A DNA stretch of 64,000 nt from Chrysomallon squamiferum (taxonomy: Eukaryota > Animalia > Mollusca), in assembly GCA_012295275.1 (NCBI GenBank), contig CM022665.1:36518001-36582000 (forward strand), read 5' to 3'. Positions 21,401-36,400 of this stretch are shown in pieces (within the stretch, counting starts at the first letter, position 1; every line of letters starts with the position of its first letter). A program made the position numbers and the translations under genes. Under the pieces are notes generated by a model. The model was not told the origin of the DNA, ran no database searches, and was given only the letters and a program-made list of their open reading frames with translations.

Positions 21401-24400
21401 CAAGTCGGGTGTTTAAAGAGCAACCCTATTTTAGGACTTACTACTCCACACTGTTAATTGCTGACCATGGGCGCTGAAGTGCATTTACCCCCACTGTGTT
21501 TAACACTCTCGTACAAAGAACTGATTTAACATAAAACAAGAACAACTACACCATGTAAAAGAGCACATAAAGATCTTTAGTTAGATGTATTTGTTTTTTA
21601 TGGTAGGATTTATAGAAGGGATTTGGGACTGGAGAAAAATGGACAAAATCTGAACTTTTAATAGCTTCAACCAATTATATCGGCTAGGCTGCCGGTACCT
21701 ACATTTATATATCATTTAACTGCAATCAAAGCAACGTGACATGACATTATCACATATGAAAAATTTATATATAAAATAGTAACGGTCAAAGAACAAAATC
21801 ACATACATTATATTTAATTTAAAAAAAACATGGATGTGACATTTTCACAATCTTATAACATAATTTACTGTTAAGTTATTAGATAGTTGTTACTTCCATT
21901 CTAGTAACAGTCCTTTAAAGATCTAACTAGTCATTTCAGTACTGTTCCACTGACACCTCACTTTATGATGGCAATTAATGTCACCAGAGTCTGACTAGTA
22001 GATGCAACTGGCATTGGATTGGTTTTTCTGTTTATTGTCAGATTCTTCTTCATCGCAGAGTTCATCAAACACATGCATGTAAAATCATGACTTAATCAAC
22101 TGTTATTCCAATCAAAGCTTCAGTGACAGCACTGAAGTAGATGTAAAACCATTCCTCCTCATTCGTGCAAATGGCCATTTCTGAAACTGTCACCATGAAA
22201 GCCACCATCTTGGATTTACATGTTTTATCTGAATTAATACTTGCTTTCTCCAAAGACAACATATTTTAAACGTTAACTTCTTTTTTTCTCATTTTTAAAT
22301 CACACACCATTCTTCAGCTCGCATAATAACAAACAAATGAACCAGCACTAACAGATCATTATTGTGATCAGTGAATGTATCTCATAGTTATAGTGCTCAT
22401 TATAATGGGTAAGGTATCACCTTTATATAACCATAACATGTTAATTTTGAAATATATAGATATATATTTTTTCTTTTCTTCTTTTTCAGAAATTATCCAA
22501 GAAACCTCTAAAAGTTCCCAAAACACCTTCCAGAAAAACATCTGCAGTTATCTATGATATCAACACTATTGAACAAGGGTAAATAATTCATACTTGTCCA
22601 GATACTTTTCAGTTATGGTTATCATTACTGATTTTTCACTAATTATTACATTTTTGCCATTTTGAAACAACCTAAAACTTGTTAGCAATTCATGCATGAT
22701 CAGACCCATTTATACATGATTACTGGTTGTCTGTTAATTAACTTTTATCTTCTAGTTCCGTTTTCATTAATGACATCAATATAGTCAGTTTCGATTAGTT
22801 ACCAAGCTGTTCATTGGCACATTGTTTTGTGATTAAAGTAAATATAGAAAGTAATATTTTAACTCTTGTTTTCTAGTGATGATGATGATGATGATGAAGC
22901 TGTAGCTCTTTATGAATCTTATTCAACACTAACACCAAAAACAAAGGTAAATTTATGAGACAATGAACTAGTGAAAATAGCTTGTTTAACATAATGCAAT
23001 ATGGAATATTTTATATAAACAACAGAACAGACCTATAATATAACATGTGGAACAGATTTGACCTATCTACTAATGCATGATTTATTTGAACTTCAAGCCT
23101 TGTGTCAAGGTGATATTTAGGACTTTGTTAATGAAATAAGAATTAAGCTAATTTTAAATATTTAGCATATCATTCTTTATTTTTTATTATAAAGCAGACA
23201 CTTTGAATTATTATTTCAGGTCAATGGCTCTCAGAAACGACAGCTTACTCCAGAAAATGCACCATTGAAAAGAATCACTGGCTCATCTCGCAGTCCTGTT
23301 TTGCCTTTCTCACCAGCAAGTTTTTCTCCAGCTGGGTATGTTAACATGTTAGGTTTTCCCCTTTTTTACCCACACATCCCATACAGTACCAGCTCTGGTT
23401 TAGAGCATATAAAGTAATCAAGTGAAAACTGTTTATCCAGTTTTTATTAAACTTGGTTGAAATACATTCTTATTTTTTATTTTCCTTTTAAGTAAAATAT
23501 CAAAAAACACATTCAGGACAACCTTAGAAACAGTTCGGGGTGTTTCAGCTACTGATGTATCTCTAGAGGTACCCAAATTGTAACCCAAAGTTCACCAGGC
23601 ATTTCTTTTTTCATTTTTTTTTTTTTTCCATCCTGCCTTTCCACTGACTTCACAGGATGCTTTGTTCATGTGTACACGCCCCTAGCATGAATCACTGTAA
23701 CAGTGTTCTAGAGTAGTTTTGTTGTTTAGTGAAGATCAAAAGCAGAACTACAATTTATTTTAAAAAATAAAGAATTTTTTTTTTGTATTCCTAAACAAAA
23801 TAATAGACAAAAGTATAAGACTAGCAATGTTGATAATACAAACTAACATGTATGATAAAAATTTTGGGTTGCAATGTTTGCTATATCTACATCATGTCCA
23901 TACCATTGTGGTAACAGATAAATACCATTAAAATATGAAAACAGGTGATGAAAATGCACCATAGTACTGGCTTCCGTTCATAGGAGGTTACCACAATATT
24001 GTAAATTGCAAACATTCCATTATATATTTTGCCATTCATTTATTAAAGCAAAAATATTATTTCCATTTATGTTTATTTCATATATATATATATATATATT
24101 TTTTTTCTCCAGTTGTCTTTAAATGGCAAAAAAGGTTCCCTGAAAATGTCAACAGTTATATAATCAATATTTATTGAGTGAAACCAACACTAGAACAAAT
24201 TAAGTTACGTGTGTTGTTTCAATTGTCAATAAATATGGGCATGGCCCTTAAAAGTTTCCATACTTTTCTTGAGATAGCACGTTCTAAAGTATAGGAACAC
24301 TGTTACCTTGTACAGCATTGTTTTGATTGTCTGCAACCAGACATATAGCTTTCAATAAATTATAAACTGGTTTTGTAACATGTTTATAATCACATTTCTA

Positions 24401-27400
24401 TTAATAAATGTGCAACAGGGGGTATTGCGCATGCTAAATCACAAACTTGTAAATGCTGCAGTATCGTGAGCAAGGAGTACACTTCTTTCATCTGTAAATA
24501 GAAATAGTTTTCCTTATAAACTTTTATTATTGTAGTTCTGTGAAAACAGATTCCAGCATGGATGTATATATGAATAACCTTTATTAATGAATTACTGTTT
24601 CAGTTTCATTTATTTTATCTGAGTATAAAGAGATATGACTATAAACATACTGAAAAATATGAATATATGAAAAATACACACTTAGGTAAATAGTCAGATG
24701 TTCACAGGGCCCTTTTCCCCTCTGAGATTAAATGGCACCCAGAGATGACTTCTCTCTACATTCCACGTCATGGCACTGGTGTGTTAACTCTCAGTTTCAT
24801 ATACAGCAATTCAAATGGAAAGAAATTGTTTTCAATGTAAAGCCCATTAATAGCATCAGTTCTATTCTATCTTGTTATGCCAGTTTCTTATTACATACTG
24901 GACTACCACAATTTTGCAGTACTTGAGTATTTCGAAGAACTATACTGACATTCACAAAGGTATAACTTCTTGGGTTGCCATTTTTTGCTATATCTACATC
25001 ATGTCCATACCATTGTATTAACAAATAAATACAATTAAAATATGAATGCAGGTGATGAAAATGCACCATAGTACTGGCTTCCGTTCATAGGAGTTTACCA
25101 CAATATTGTAAATTGCAAACATTCCATTATATGTTTTGCCATTGATTTATTAAAACTAAAATATTAATTACATTTATCTTCAATTAATTTTTTTTTTTTT
25201 TTTTTTTTTTTCTTTAATTGGGAAAAAAGGTTCCCTGAAAATGGTGTAAATGCCCCCAATATCTTTCATCTACCATGTCTTGTCAAATTTCTAGAGAAAA
25301 CAGTACATACTTCTATTATAGTTTAATTTTTTAATTTTTCATAATATTAGTAAGATTCAACAGTTATATAATCAATATTTATTGAGTGAAACCAACACTA
25401 GAACATATTATTAAAAGTTACGTGTGTTGTTTCCATACTTTTCTTGAGATAGCACGTTCTAAAGTATAGGAACACTGTTACCTTGTACAGCATTGTTTTG
25501 ATTGTCTGCAACCAGACATATAGCTTTCAATAAATTATAAACTGGTTTTGTAACATGTCTATAATCACATTTCTATTAATAAATGTGCAACAGGGGGTAT
25601 TGCGCATGCTAAATCACAAACTTGTAAATGCTGCAGTATCGTGAGCAAGGAGTACACTTCTTTCATCTGTAAATAGAAATAGTTTTCCGTATAAACTTTT
25701 ATTATTGTAGTTGTGCGAAAACAGATTGCAACTTGGATGTATATATGAATAACCTTTATTAATGAATTACTGTTTCAGTTTCATTTATTTTATCTGAGTA
25801 TAAAGAGATATGACTATAAACATACTGAAAAATATGAATATATGAAAAATACACACTTAGGTAAATAGTCAGATGTTCACAGGGCCCTTTTCCCCTCTGA
25901 GATTAAATGGCACCCAGAGATGACTTCTCTCTACATTCCACGTCATGGCACTGGTGTGTTAACTCTCAGTTTCATATACAGCAATTCAAATGGAAAGAAA
26001 TTGTTTTCAATGTAAAGCCCATTAATAGCATCAGTTCTATTCTATCTTGTTATGCCAGTTTCTTATTACATACTGGACTACCACAATTTTGCAGTACTTG
26101 AGTATTTCGAAGAACTATACTGACATTCACAAAGGTATAACTTCTTGGGTTGCCATTTTTTGCTATATCTACATCATGTCCATACCATTGTATTAACAAA
26201 TAAATACAATTAAAATATGAATGCAGGTGATGAAAATGCACCATAGTACTGGCTTCCGTTCATAGGAGGTTACCACAATATTGTAAATTGCAAACATTCC
26301 ATTATATGTTTTGCCATTGATTTATTAAAACTAAAATATTAATTACATTTATCTTCAATTAATTTTTTTTTTTTCTTTAATTGGGAAAAAAGGTTCCCTG
26401 AAAATGGTGTAAACGCCCCCAATATCTTTCATCTACCATGTCTTGTCAAATTTCTAGAGAAAACAGTACATACTTCTATTATAGTTTAATTTTTTAATTT
26501 TTCATAATATTAGTAAGATTCAACAGTTATATAATCAATATTTATTGAGTGAAACCAACACTAGAACATATTAAAAGTTACGTGTGTTGTTTCCATACTT
26601 TTCTTGAGGTAGCACGTTCTAAAGTATAGGAACACTGTTACCTTGTACAGCATTGTTTTGATTGTCTGCAACCAGACATATAGCTTTCAATAAATTATAA
26701 ACTGGTTTTGTAACATGTCTATAATCACATTTCTATTAATAAATGTGCAACAGGGGGTATTGTGCATGCTAAATCACAAACTTGTAAATGCTGCAGTATC
26801 GTGAGCAAGGAGTACACTTCTTTCATCTGTAAATAGAAATAGTTTTCCGTATAAACTTTTATTATTGTAGTTGTGCGAAAACAGATTGCAACTTGGATGT
26901 ATATATGAATAACCTTTATTAATGAATTACTGTTTCAGTTTCATTTATTTTATCTGAGTATGAACAGAAATGAATATAAACATATTGAAAAATATGAATA
27001 TATGTAAATACACACTTAGGGAAATAGCCAGATTTTCACAGGGCTTCTTTCCTCTCCAGCCTCAGAGACAAAATGTGATCCAGAAATGATTTGTTCCTAA
27101 AATCGACATCACAGCATTAGTTTGATTGTTTGAAGAATACTTAAGATACATTTGCAGAACAACATGAAAAATACACATGTTGAGTACATATATTACAATC
27201 CAGTATGTGTAAGACGAGCTGGCACTGTCTTGTGAAGTATTCATGACAGTTACAGTTATGGTTTTTGCTAAGTTGTTTAATATAGACTTAAACATTAATA
27301 TCTTTAGGTGTAGAAAAACAAAACAATGGTGGCACTATAGATCCAGATTGTTTGATATTTTGGTGAATTTCTTTTCTTTTTTTTTTTTTTTTTTTTTTTT

Positions 27401-30400
27401 TGCTGTATACCCAATCATAATCCAGTTCCCACTGAGCAATGGGCAGTGTTCCAACCAATTCAAATGAACCAGATCATATGAAAAATGCTTAATAATTTCA
27501 AGGGTTAGAGCCAGAATGTCTTCAGTGCATTTTTGAGAAAAATGACATTTTTATCACCAATACATGTATTGTAATATGTTATTTCATATGTCAGAGAATC
27601 ATATTAATGGCATAATAGCTTTTTGAGATATCAGTCAGAACCACATAGTCATGAGTGATTATAAATAGTAACTGCTCATGCCATTAGGTTTAAGTGAATA
27701 TTGGTTCTAGTGAAGTCAGCTAAAAATATTATGACATGTTGGCATAAGTATATTTGTAGCTTTTGAGAAAAAGAAACTCTTATCACAGGTAGGATTAGTA
27801 TGGGGTATGGGCAGTTTTGATGTTACGGTCATAGCCATTGTTATAAGTGCACTGTGAATTTGATGTATTAATGATCTAATTAGTACAGATTTTCCACTGA
27901 AGATTCACTGTCAGTATTTGATGTTGTTTACTTTCTTCAATATTTTTGTTCTGTCATATTAGTTAAAAACTAACCATGACTGAGACTAATAGAAATGCTT
28001 TCTAGCTTTAGAAGAAAACAGCTTAACAAGAAAGTTAATGTAAAAATACTTTAATTTCTTGAACTGGTGTTCAATCTCTACTGCTTAAAATGTTTTATTT
28101 CTTCAATATTGATAATAAATGACATTAAAACAAGTAATAGTTCAGTGATACAAGCTATATGGTACACAGCTACATTGTCTCTGAATTGTCTGATGGATGG
28201 AAATTGGTGTGTAGATAATGCAGATGCCTTACCTCTAGCTGTTGCTAATTTACTTGGAAATAACCAGAAGATACTCTCAAGTAACTGCATACGGCGAGTA
28301 TGTAACCTAAAGCCAACAGACAGGAGTCCATAAAGGAAATTTTCTTTTTAGCTCACACAGAACTTGGACATTATAATCTATGTATCCATGACATAATGCA
28401 GAAGAAATGAAAATCTTCACATCTACCCCACTAAAAATTTTTATCCAGATGGACTCAACAGAAGGGAATAGGGAAAAATCACCTTGCCACAATTTCTATC
28501 AGGAAAATGAGCTGAGTATCATCTAAAAAAAAAAAAAAAATTGAACAAAAAGTTTCACCTGAAATATAGAAAAGAAAAAATACCACAAACAGGCTAAAGG
28601 TAGCTAGGAAGGAATACACAAGTATATTAAAGAAAACTGTCACAACTGCAGTGAGAAACTGTCAGCAGAAAAAAGAATAGTTATATTTGTTTCCTCTTTT
28701 GTGTCTTCAGACAGGCAGAAATATTTTCAGTATCATAACTTACTAGAAACATCTCCAAAGATAATTTTTTCTACGTGCTAAAAAGCCTAGGGCTTTATTG
28801 TGTCCATTCTTTTGGCCACCAGCTGGTCAAAGCATTCATTTATGCAAATCTGTTCTAACAAAACATTAAAGGTAATAGAAAAATGTATTGAGATAATGAA
28901 ACAAAACAAAAAAGGGGAAAGAAGAAACTAAGTGAATTTCTGAATTACGTTGAGTCAAGCTGTCTTTTCCTGTACTAAAAGCCACGTATACAAGGCAGAA
29001 TGCTAAGAGGCATTTCCTCGTCTCTGATGGAATACTGGAAAAATGTACAGTTTATATAAGATCAGTGTTACAATGACAGAACATAAAGAAGTGTATTCTG
29101 CAATGATTAGTTATCCATTCCATGTGTGTTATTTTCTATGATTACCAGGGGGACAAGTGATATGAAAGCAGAGTATGAAGAACATAAAAAGAAAATTCAT
29201 GGCTGTAGAAGAAAAGGACTTGGACAAAATATTTACAAACTGCAGCAATCCTCATTATATAATATATTCCTATGTTTGATTTTGAAGCTGCACTTCCACT
29301 GTCTTGTTCTTCGGTAAATCATGTGCATTATAAAAGAATACTAAGTTGTTGCATCTTAACATTTTATACTAAGCAGTGGAGTATCCTATTATCTTTGGAT
29401 CATATAAACAGGCACGTGTTTAATGATGTGCATATTACACTTTGCTTCTTTCATTCATGCTCAGGATGAAACAGGAATTATTTTATAGTCAGAAAATTTC
29501 TCCATGCTGTTTTTACTGATAACAAAACTTCTGAAGACAGGTCACACACACGTGTGATGCTGTTTATGCTGCCATAGAAAGGCTAAAAACATATTTCTGT
29601 TTATGTGACAAGTCAGAATGGCTTAAAAAGAAACATCATTAAAATACCATGATTTTCTGAAAAACAATAAATATATTTAACCTGCTGGTGATTCCATAGG
29701 CAAAGAGGTTCACTGGATGGAAATAAAATGGATACAATTCAGAAAATCAGAGGAGAGGCTCATTGATCAATAAGAAGTTTTCAGTGGGTTGAAGAATTGG
29801 TTTGTCTGTTGCAATTACAAACACAAACGGCCAATTTCTGAACTTTAAAAAAAAAAAAAAAAAAAAAAAAATTTTTTATCAAGATAGTTACACTTCCAGA
29901 ATATTCTCAATATTATCACAAGATTGCACTGGATGGTAAAATCAGAGGTTGCCTTCCACCACCTGATGCAATGGAAAGTGAAAATGATTCAGACTGAAGA
30001 TTTAATTAGCTGTATTGCTCTGTATCAGACATTTACTGCAATTATCAGAATTGTCAATATAAACTTTTAGTACTGATTTTAAATATCATATATAACACAG
30101 AATGTGAAGATTTAGTATATGTAAATAATACTTTTATAACATCAGTTTAAAATATATATATATATATATATATATGTGTTGTTGTTTTTTTGTTTTTTTT
30201 TCCCCAATGTTCAAATGATTTCAATAATTCACTTTTAATATATTTTAAGATTATATGGAATATAATTATAGATGCTGTAAAATATTGTATAAAAATAAAA
30301 ATAAATTCTTTTTTTTTCTTCTTTTCTTTTTTTTAGCTTTTTATAAGTTGATATCTTTTGCGAGTAACAAAATGATTTATAAAATAAGACATATCAAATA

Positions 30401-33400
30401 TAATTCACATATCACAATGTTTGACAGTATGTTATAACAACACCTATGGTCATGATTGTTGGGTAAATATATCAAAACCCCCCAAAATGTATGTGCACTT
30501 ATGACATTTTTTATGACCTTTTAAATCTGTTTTTTTATATCCCAGAAGTACATTGTGGGGTTGGGGTGAACTAATAGAACTTTTGTCACGAAATGTTCTG
30601 TACAGACAACAGATATCCGAAACTGTTTTGTGTTTATCTCAGTTTGGCAAAAATGCAACTACGACATTCTGGCATTAATCCATTGATATGAGTATTTAGC
30701 TTAAATCTGACAATTTAGAAAAACGTAACATACATTCAAAACTCTTTATAAAGCCTCCAGTGGTGCTCACTGGATTGTGGTGTTATAAGGAGACTGTTAG
30801 TGTAACAAGGTTTATATTTTATTTCAACTTCGATGTGTTATTTTTACAAATTATGTACAGATTTCTAAATGGAAGGAAAATGTTTTCAGTGTAAAGCCCA
30901 TTAATAGCATTAATTTTATTGTATCTTGTTATGCCATTCACATTTGTACTACTTTCTTTCTAGACAAATTTTTTATGAGACATTTCTAGGTACCTTGTAT
31001 TTGTCACATCCATTCTCTTGTGGTGCACATTTGATAGTAAATACAATCGACTGGGTAATCATCTTCTGGTTCACATCTGTAAAAAAAAAAAAAAAATTGC
31101 TTCCATTTTAAACTTTTATTATGGTACTTGAGCAAAAACAGATTCCAGCATGGATGTATATATGAATAACCTTTATTAATGAATTACTGTTTCAGTTTCA
31201 TTTATTTTATCTGAGTATAAAGAGATATGACTATAAACATACTGAAAAATATGAATATATGAAAAATATACACTGAGGTAAACAGTCAGATGTTCACAGG
31301 GCCCTTTTCCCCCTCTGAGATTAAATGGCACCCAGAGATGACTTCTCTCTACATTCCACATCATGGCACTGGTGTGTTAACTCTCAGTTTCATATACAGC
31401 AATTCAAATGGAAAGAAATTGTTTTCAATGTAAAGCCCATTAATAGCATCAGTTCTATTCTATATTGTTATGCCAGTTTCTTATTACATACTGGACTACC
31501 ACAATGTTGCAGTACTTGAGTATTTCGAAGAACTATACTGACATTCACAAAGGTATAACTTCTTGGGTTGCCATTTTTTGCTATATCTACATCATGTCCA
31601 TACCATTGTATTAACAAATAAATACAATTAAAATATGAATGCAGGTGATGAAAATGCACCATAGTACTGGCTTCCGTTCATAGGAGGTTACCACAATATT
31701 GTAAATTGCAAACATTCCATTATATGTTTTGCCATTGATTTATTAAAACTAAAATATTAATTACATTTATCTTCAATTCATTTTTTTTGTTTCTTTAATT
31801 GGGAAAAAAGGTTCCCTGAAAATGGTGTAAACGCCCCCAATATCTTTCATCTACCATGTCTTGTCAAATTTCTAGAGAAAACAGTACATACTTCTATTAT
31901 AGTTTAATTTTTTAATTTTTCATAATATTAGTAAGATTCAACAGTTATATAATCAATATTTATTGAGTGAAACCAACAGTAGAACATATTAAAAGTTACG
32001 TGTGTTGTTTCAATTGTCAATAAATATGGGCATGGCCCTTAAAAGTTTCCATACTTTTCTTGAGATAGCACGTTCTAAAGTATAGGAACACTGTTACCTT
32101 GTACAGCATTGTTTTGATTGTCTGCAACCAGACATATAGCTTTCAATAAATTATAAACTGGTTTTGTAACATGTCTATAATCACATTTCTATTAATAAAT
32201 GTGCAACAGGGGGTATTGCGCATGCTAAATCACAAACTTGTAAATGCTGCAGTATCGTGAGCAAGGAGTACACTTCTTTCATCTGTAAATAGAAATAGTT
32301 TTCCTTATAAACTTTTATTATTGTAGTTGTGCGAAAACAGATTGCAGCTTGGATGTATATATGAATAACCTTTATTAATGAATTACTGTTTCAGTTTCAT
32401 TTATTTTATCTGAGTATAAAGAGATATGACTATAAACATACTGAAAAATATGAATATATGAAAAATACACACTTAGGTAAATAGTCAGATGTTCACAGGG
32501 CCCTTTTCCCCTCTGAGATTAAATGGCACCCAGAGATGACTTCTCTCTACATTCCACGTCATGGCACTGGTGTGTTAACTCTCAGTTTCATATACAGCAA
32601 TTCAAATGGAAAGAAATTGTTTTCAATGTAAAGCCCATTAATAGCATCAGTTCTATTCTTTCTTGTTATGCCAGTTTCTTATTACATACTGGACTACCAC
32701 AATGTTGCAGTACTTGAGTATTTCGAAGAACTATACTGACATTCACAAAGGTATAACTTCTTGGGTTGCCATTTTTTGCTGTATCTACATCATGTCCATA
32801 CCATTGTATTAACAAATAAATACAATTAAAATATGAATGCAGGTGATGAAAATGCACCATAGTACTGGCTTCCGTTCATAGGAGGTTACCACAATATTGT
32901 AAATTGCAAACATTCCATTATATGTTTTGCCATTGATTTATTAAAACTAAAATATTAATTACATTTATCTTCAATTCATTTTTTTTTTGTTTTGTTTTGT
33001 TTTGTTTCTTTAATTGGGAAAAAAGGTTCCCTGAAAATGGTGTAAATGCCCCCAATATCTTTCATCTACCATGTCTTGTCAAATTTCTAGAGAAAACAGT
33101 ACATACTTCTATTATAGTTTAATTTTTTAATTTTTCATAATATTAGTAAGATTCAACAGTTATATAATCAATATTTATTGAGTGAAACCAACACTAGAAC
33201 ATATTAAAAGTTACGTGTGTTGTTTCAGTTGTCAATAAATATGGGCATGGCCCTTAAAAGTTTCCATACTTTCCTTGAGGTAGCACATTCTAAAGTATAG
33301 GAACACTGTTACCTTGTACAGCATTGTTTTGATTGTCTGCAACCAGACATATAGCTTTCAATAAATTATAAACTGGTTTTGTAACATGTCTATAATCACA

Positions 33401-36400
33401 TTTCTATTAATAAATGTGCAACAGGGGGTATTGCGCATGCTAAATCACAAACTTGTAAATGCTGCAGTATCGTGAGCAAGGAGTACACTTCTTTCATCTG
33501 TAAAGAGAAATAGCTTTCCTTATAAACTTTTATTATCGTAGTTGTGCGAAAACAGATTGCAACTTGGATGTATATATGAATAACCTTTATTAACGAATAA
33601 TTGTTTCAGTTTTATTTATTTTATCTGACTATAAATAGAAACAAATATCTAAATGTAAGACACATTTTCACAGGACTCTGTCCTCTGAGACTGACATGCA
33701 GAAATGATTTCTCTCTACTTAAGAGTACATCTGCAGAACGAGACAAAAAAGACACATGTCAACTACATATAGTCATGGTTTTTGCTGTAATATGTAATAA
33801 ATCAGTGGTACAGTCTTGTACCTTAATATATGTAAGTACAGAAAAACAAAACATTAGTGACATATTTTTTCCAACTATACATCCATTAAATTCTGAAAAT
33901 ATGTTTGTTATCTTTCTTTTGGAAATCTTTCAGAAAGATTATTTGAAAACAGACTATTGCCTTATGTAAACAGATTATAATTTTATATTTACTATCTTTG
34001 TCAGTCCTCATCCTCACCAAGAAAATTAGCTCCAGTTGTAGCTATCAGCAATTTTGGGAATCTTTCTGTGTGTGTGTTGCATTTCTGTATTTCAATCAAA
34101 GATGATTTGGTAAATACAGTTCGATAACAGGGAATATGCTGTTGACTTATTTTTTCATAAAATCTTTTTAAAAAGAAGAATTAATGGTGCAGATAATTGA
34201 GAAATAGCATGAGCATAGATTATGATGGCTGCATTGATGTCATTCCCAAAACTGTTAAATAACTGACAAGTATTAATCACATGACTAGTTATGAACAGTG
34301 TATGAACTTTCAGGTTTATCCAAACAAGTTGACCTTTGAATTCTAGGACTGAATTTAGCAGGTGGCAATTGCAATTTGATACATTCATGCTACATTAAAA
34401 ATCATCAACAGCTATCATAAATATTGCGACAGAGTATATTTAAAATGACAGTGAAATGTATTAGTCTAATTGTAGTTGATAGTGACTTAAATAACAAAAT
34501 GTTTCATGACTGACAATGCACATTCTCCTAAGCTTTATCAATGTGCAGTGACGTCCGAGTGGATTAAAATTTAAATTGTTAATCAAAGGTGTAAAAGTGA
34601 ATGCTTGCAAATAAAACTGATGTGGAAAAGATATTTTCAGAATACTTGTTATATACTGCCATATTGGTTTATGAAAAAATAAAATGAATTTAATTAATTT
34701 ATTACTTGAGTTAATCTTATGCTTGTGTACAAACTTTCAGGTTTTTTCATCACAAAAATTTCAATAGTTAAGTACTGTCTTAATATGAAGAAGCTGGCAG
34801 TTGCAGTTTCCTGTGTTCATTGTTGCTTGTATTAGCAGTATGAAACATTATCCAACAGCTAAATGAAATGTTACAGCAGTGTAAGAAAATCTTGTTTCAA
34901 TTTATTTTAAATCACAGTTCATTAACTTTGTAATAAATGCATTTGGTAATTTACAAAGTTGAAACTAAACATTAAAATAACATTACCCAGAAACATATAC
35001 CGCAGTGCTTATGAATGACCATAACAGATAATAATGCAGTGCCTATATTATAACACAAGACCTGTGATGGGACAAAATAATCTTTTTCATACTTGCATGA
35101 CCCTTTAAGGCCTTGTGATCATCACAAATTATTTTTGCAAAAAAGAACAAATACATATATATATATACATAAGATATTGAAATATATAGCTTATCTCAGG
35201 CTTTACAACATCACTGGATCAGTTTATATGCAGATAGTAGCTTCACATGAATCATGAACACTGGGTTTTAATGATAGATACATTTACTTGCATACACCAC
35301 ATAATCAGCATATTATGTGTCTATTTTATTTTAATTATTAGTGAAATCTGTATAAATCTGGTAATATAATACACCTTAACTGTTAATATTATGAAAATAT
35401 TTCTAATGTAGACAGCATGTGCTTCTTACCTGCTACCCTGTGGCACCGTGCTTGTTTCCACAATATTGGTTCATTGGTTTAATCATCTCCTTGCACAAAA
35501 CTAGTGCCCTAGTAAAGTCAATTTTTTTTATGTCTGGGCCATCATCTGAAATCATTCAGCAATTTGGTGTTCATTTGGGTTCAAAGCCTACTCTTGATCT
35601 GGTTTTGCATCAAAAACCCACATTCAAACTGCATAGTTGAAACAGGCACAGTTAAGCAACACTTCATGGCTTTGAGCATGTTGGTATGCTTTCTGAGTAC
35701 TTTTCACTAAACACTGATGTGGCATCCAACATTGAAACTGAAGTAAACTGAAATTAATCTGTCATATTGCACATACTCGATTCCAAACTGGTCACCAAGC
35801 TGAATTTGTAACTTGAATCTCAGATTTGCTGTAATTAGGTAATTATATATATATATATATATTTTTTTTTTTTTCCCCCATTGATAATGTTTGCTAGAAC
35901 AAGAACTCCAATCAATTCAGTTATGCTGCTGTGTGTGAAACACTTTTGCAGAGATTCAGTGATTTTTCTCAGTGTACTATTGTCACCTGCATGAGATTGT
36001 GCAGAACACCTGCCTTTGTGTGGTGGTGTTGACATTTAATGCATATTGTTTCTGGGTTTTTTTTGCCCTGTAAACTGAAACCCTACTTTATAACCAAAAC
36101 ACAACCAAATAGTAACGTTGTGATTAGGTTGTAATTACATTGTGTTAGGTGTGTTGACACTGATGAACTTATTACTTTTTTTTATATATTTGTGACTTGT
36201 CCAGTATTAACTAATGACAGCATTAATACATTTTAACAACAACAACAAAAATATTGATTCTCTAGTGCTTGATAATGTGTGTGAAGTATATTGAGTTAAC
36301 TGTCAAAATCTAAGTTCAGATACTAGATCAGAGCTGGTCACACTTTTGGGATATTTCCCTTTATTTTGGACTGAGGCTTAATAAACAATGAACAGTAAAG

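Noticed and set aside
25050-25240. GTGATGA box-C-like motif in the 1.18-kb unit as a C/D snoRNA
   Set aside because: The next CTGA is about 185 nt away across a T tract; no terminal stem or recognisable rRNA guide.
24732-32860. Four copies each of the 64-aa ORFs MAPRDDFSLH... and MVHFHHLHSY...
   Set aside because: Short, overlapping on opposite strands, with no recognisable domain; they recur only because they sit in the tandem unit.
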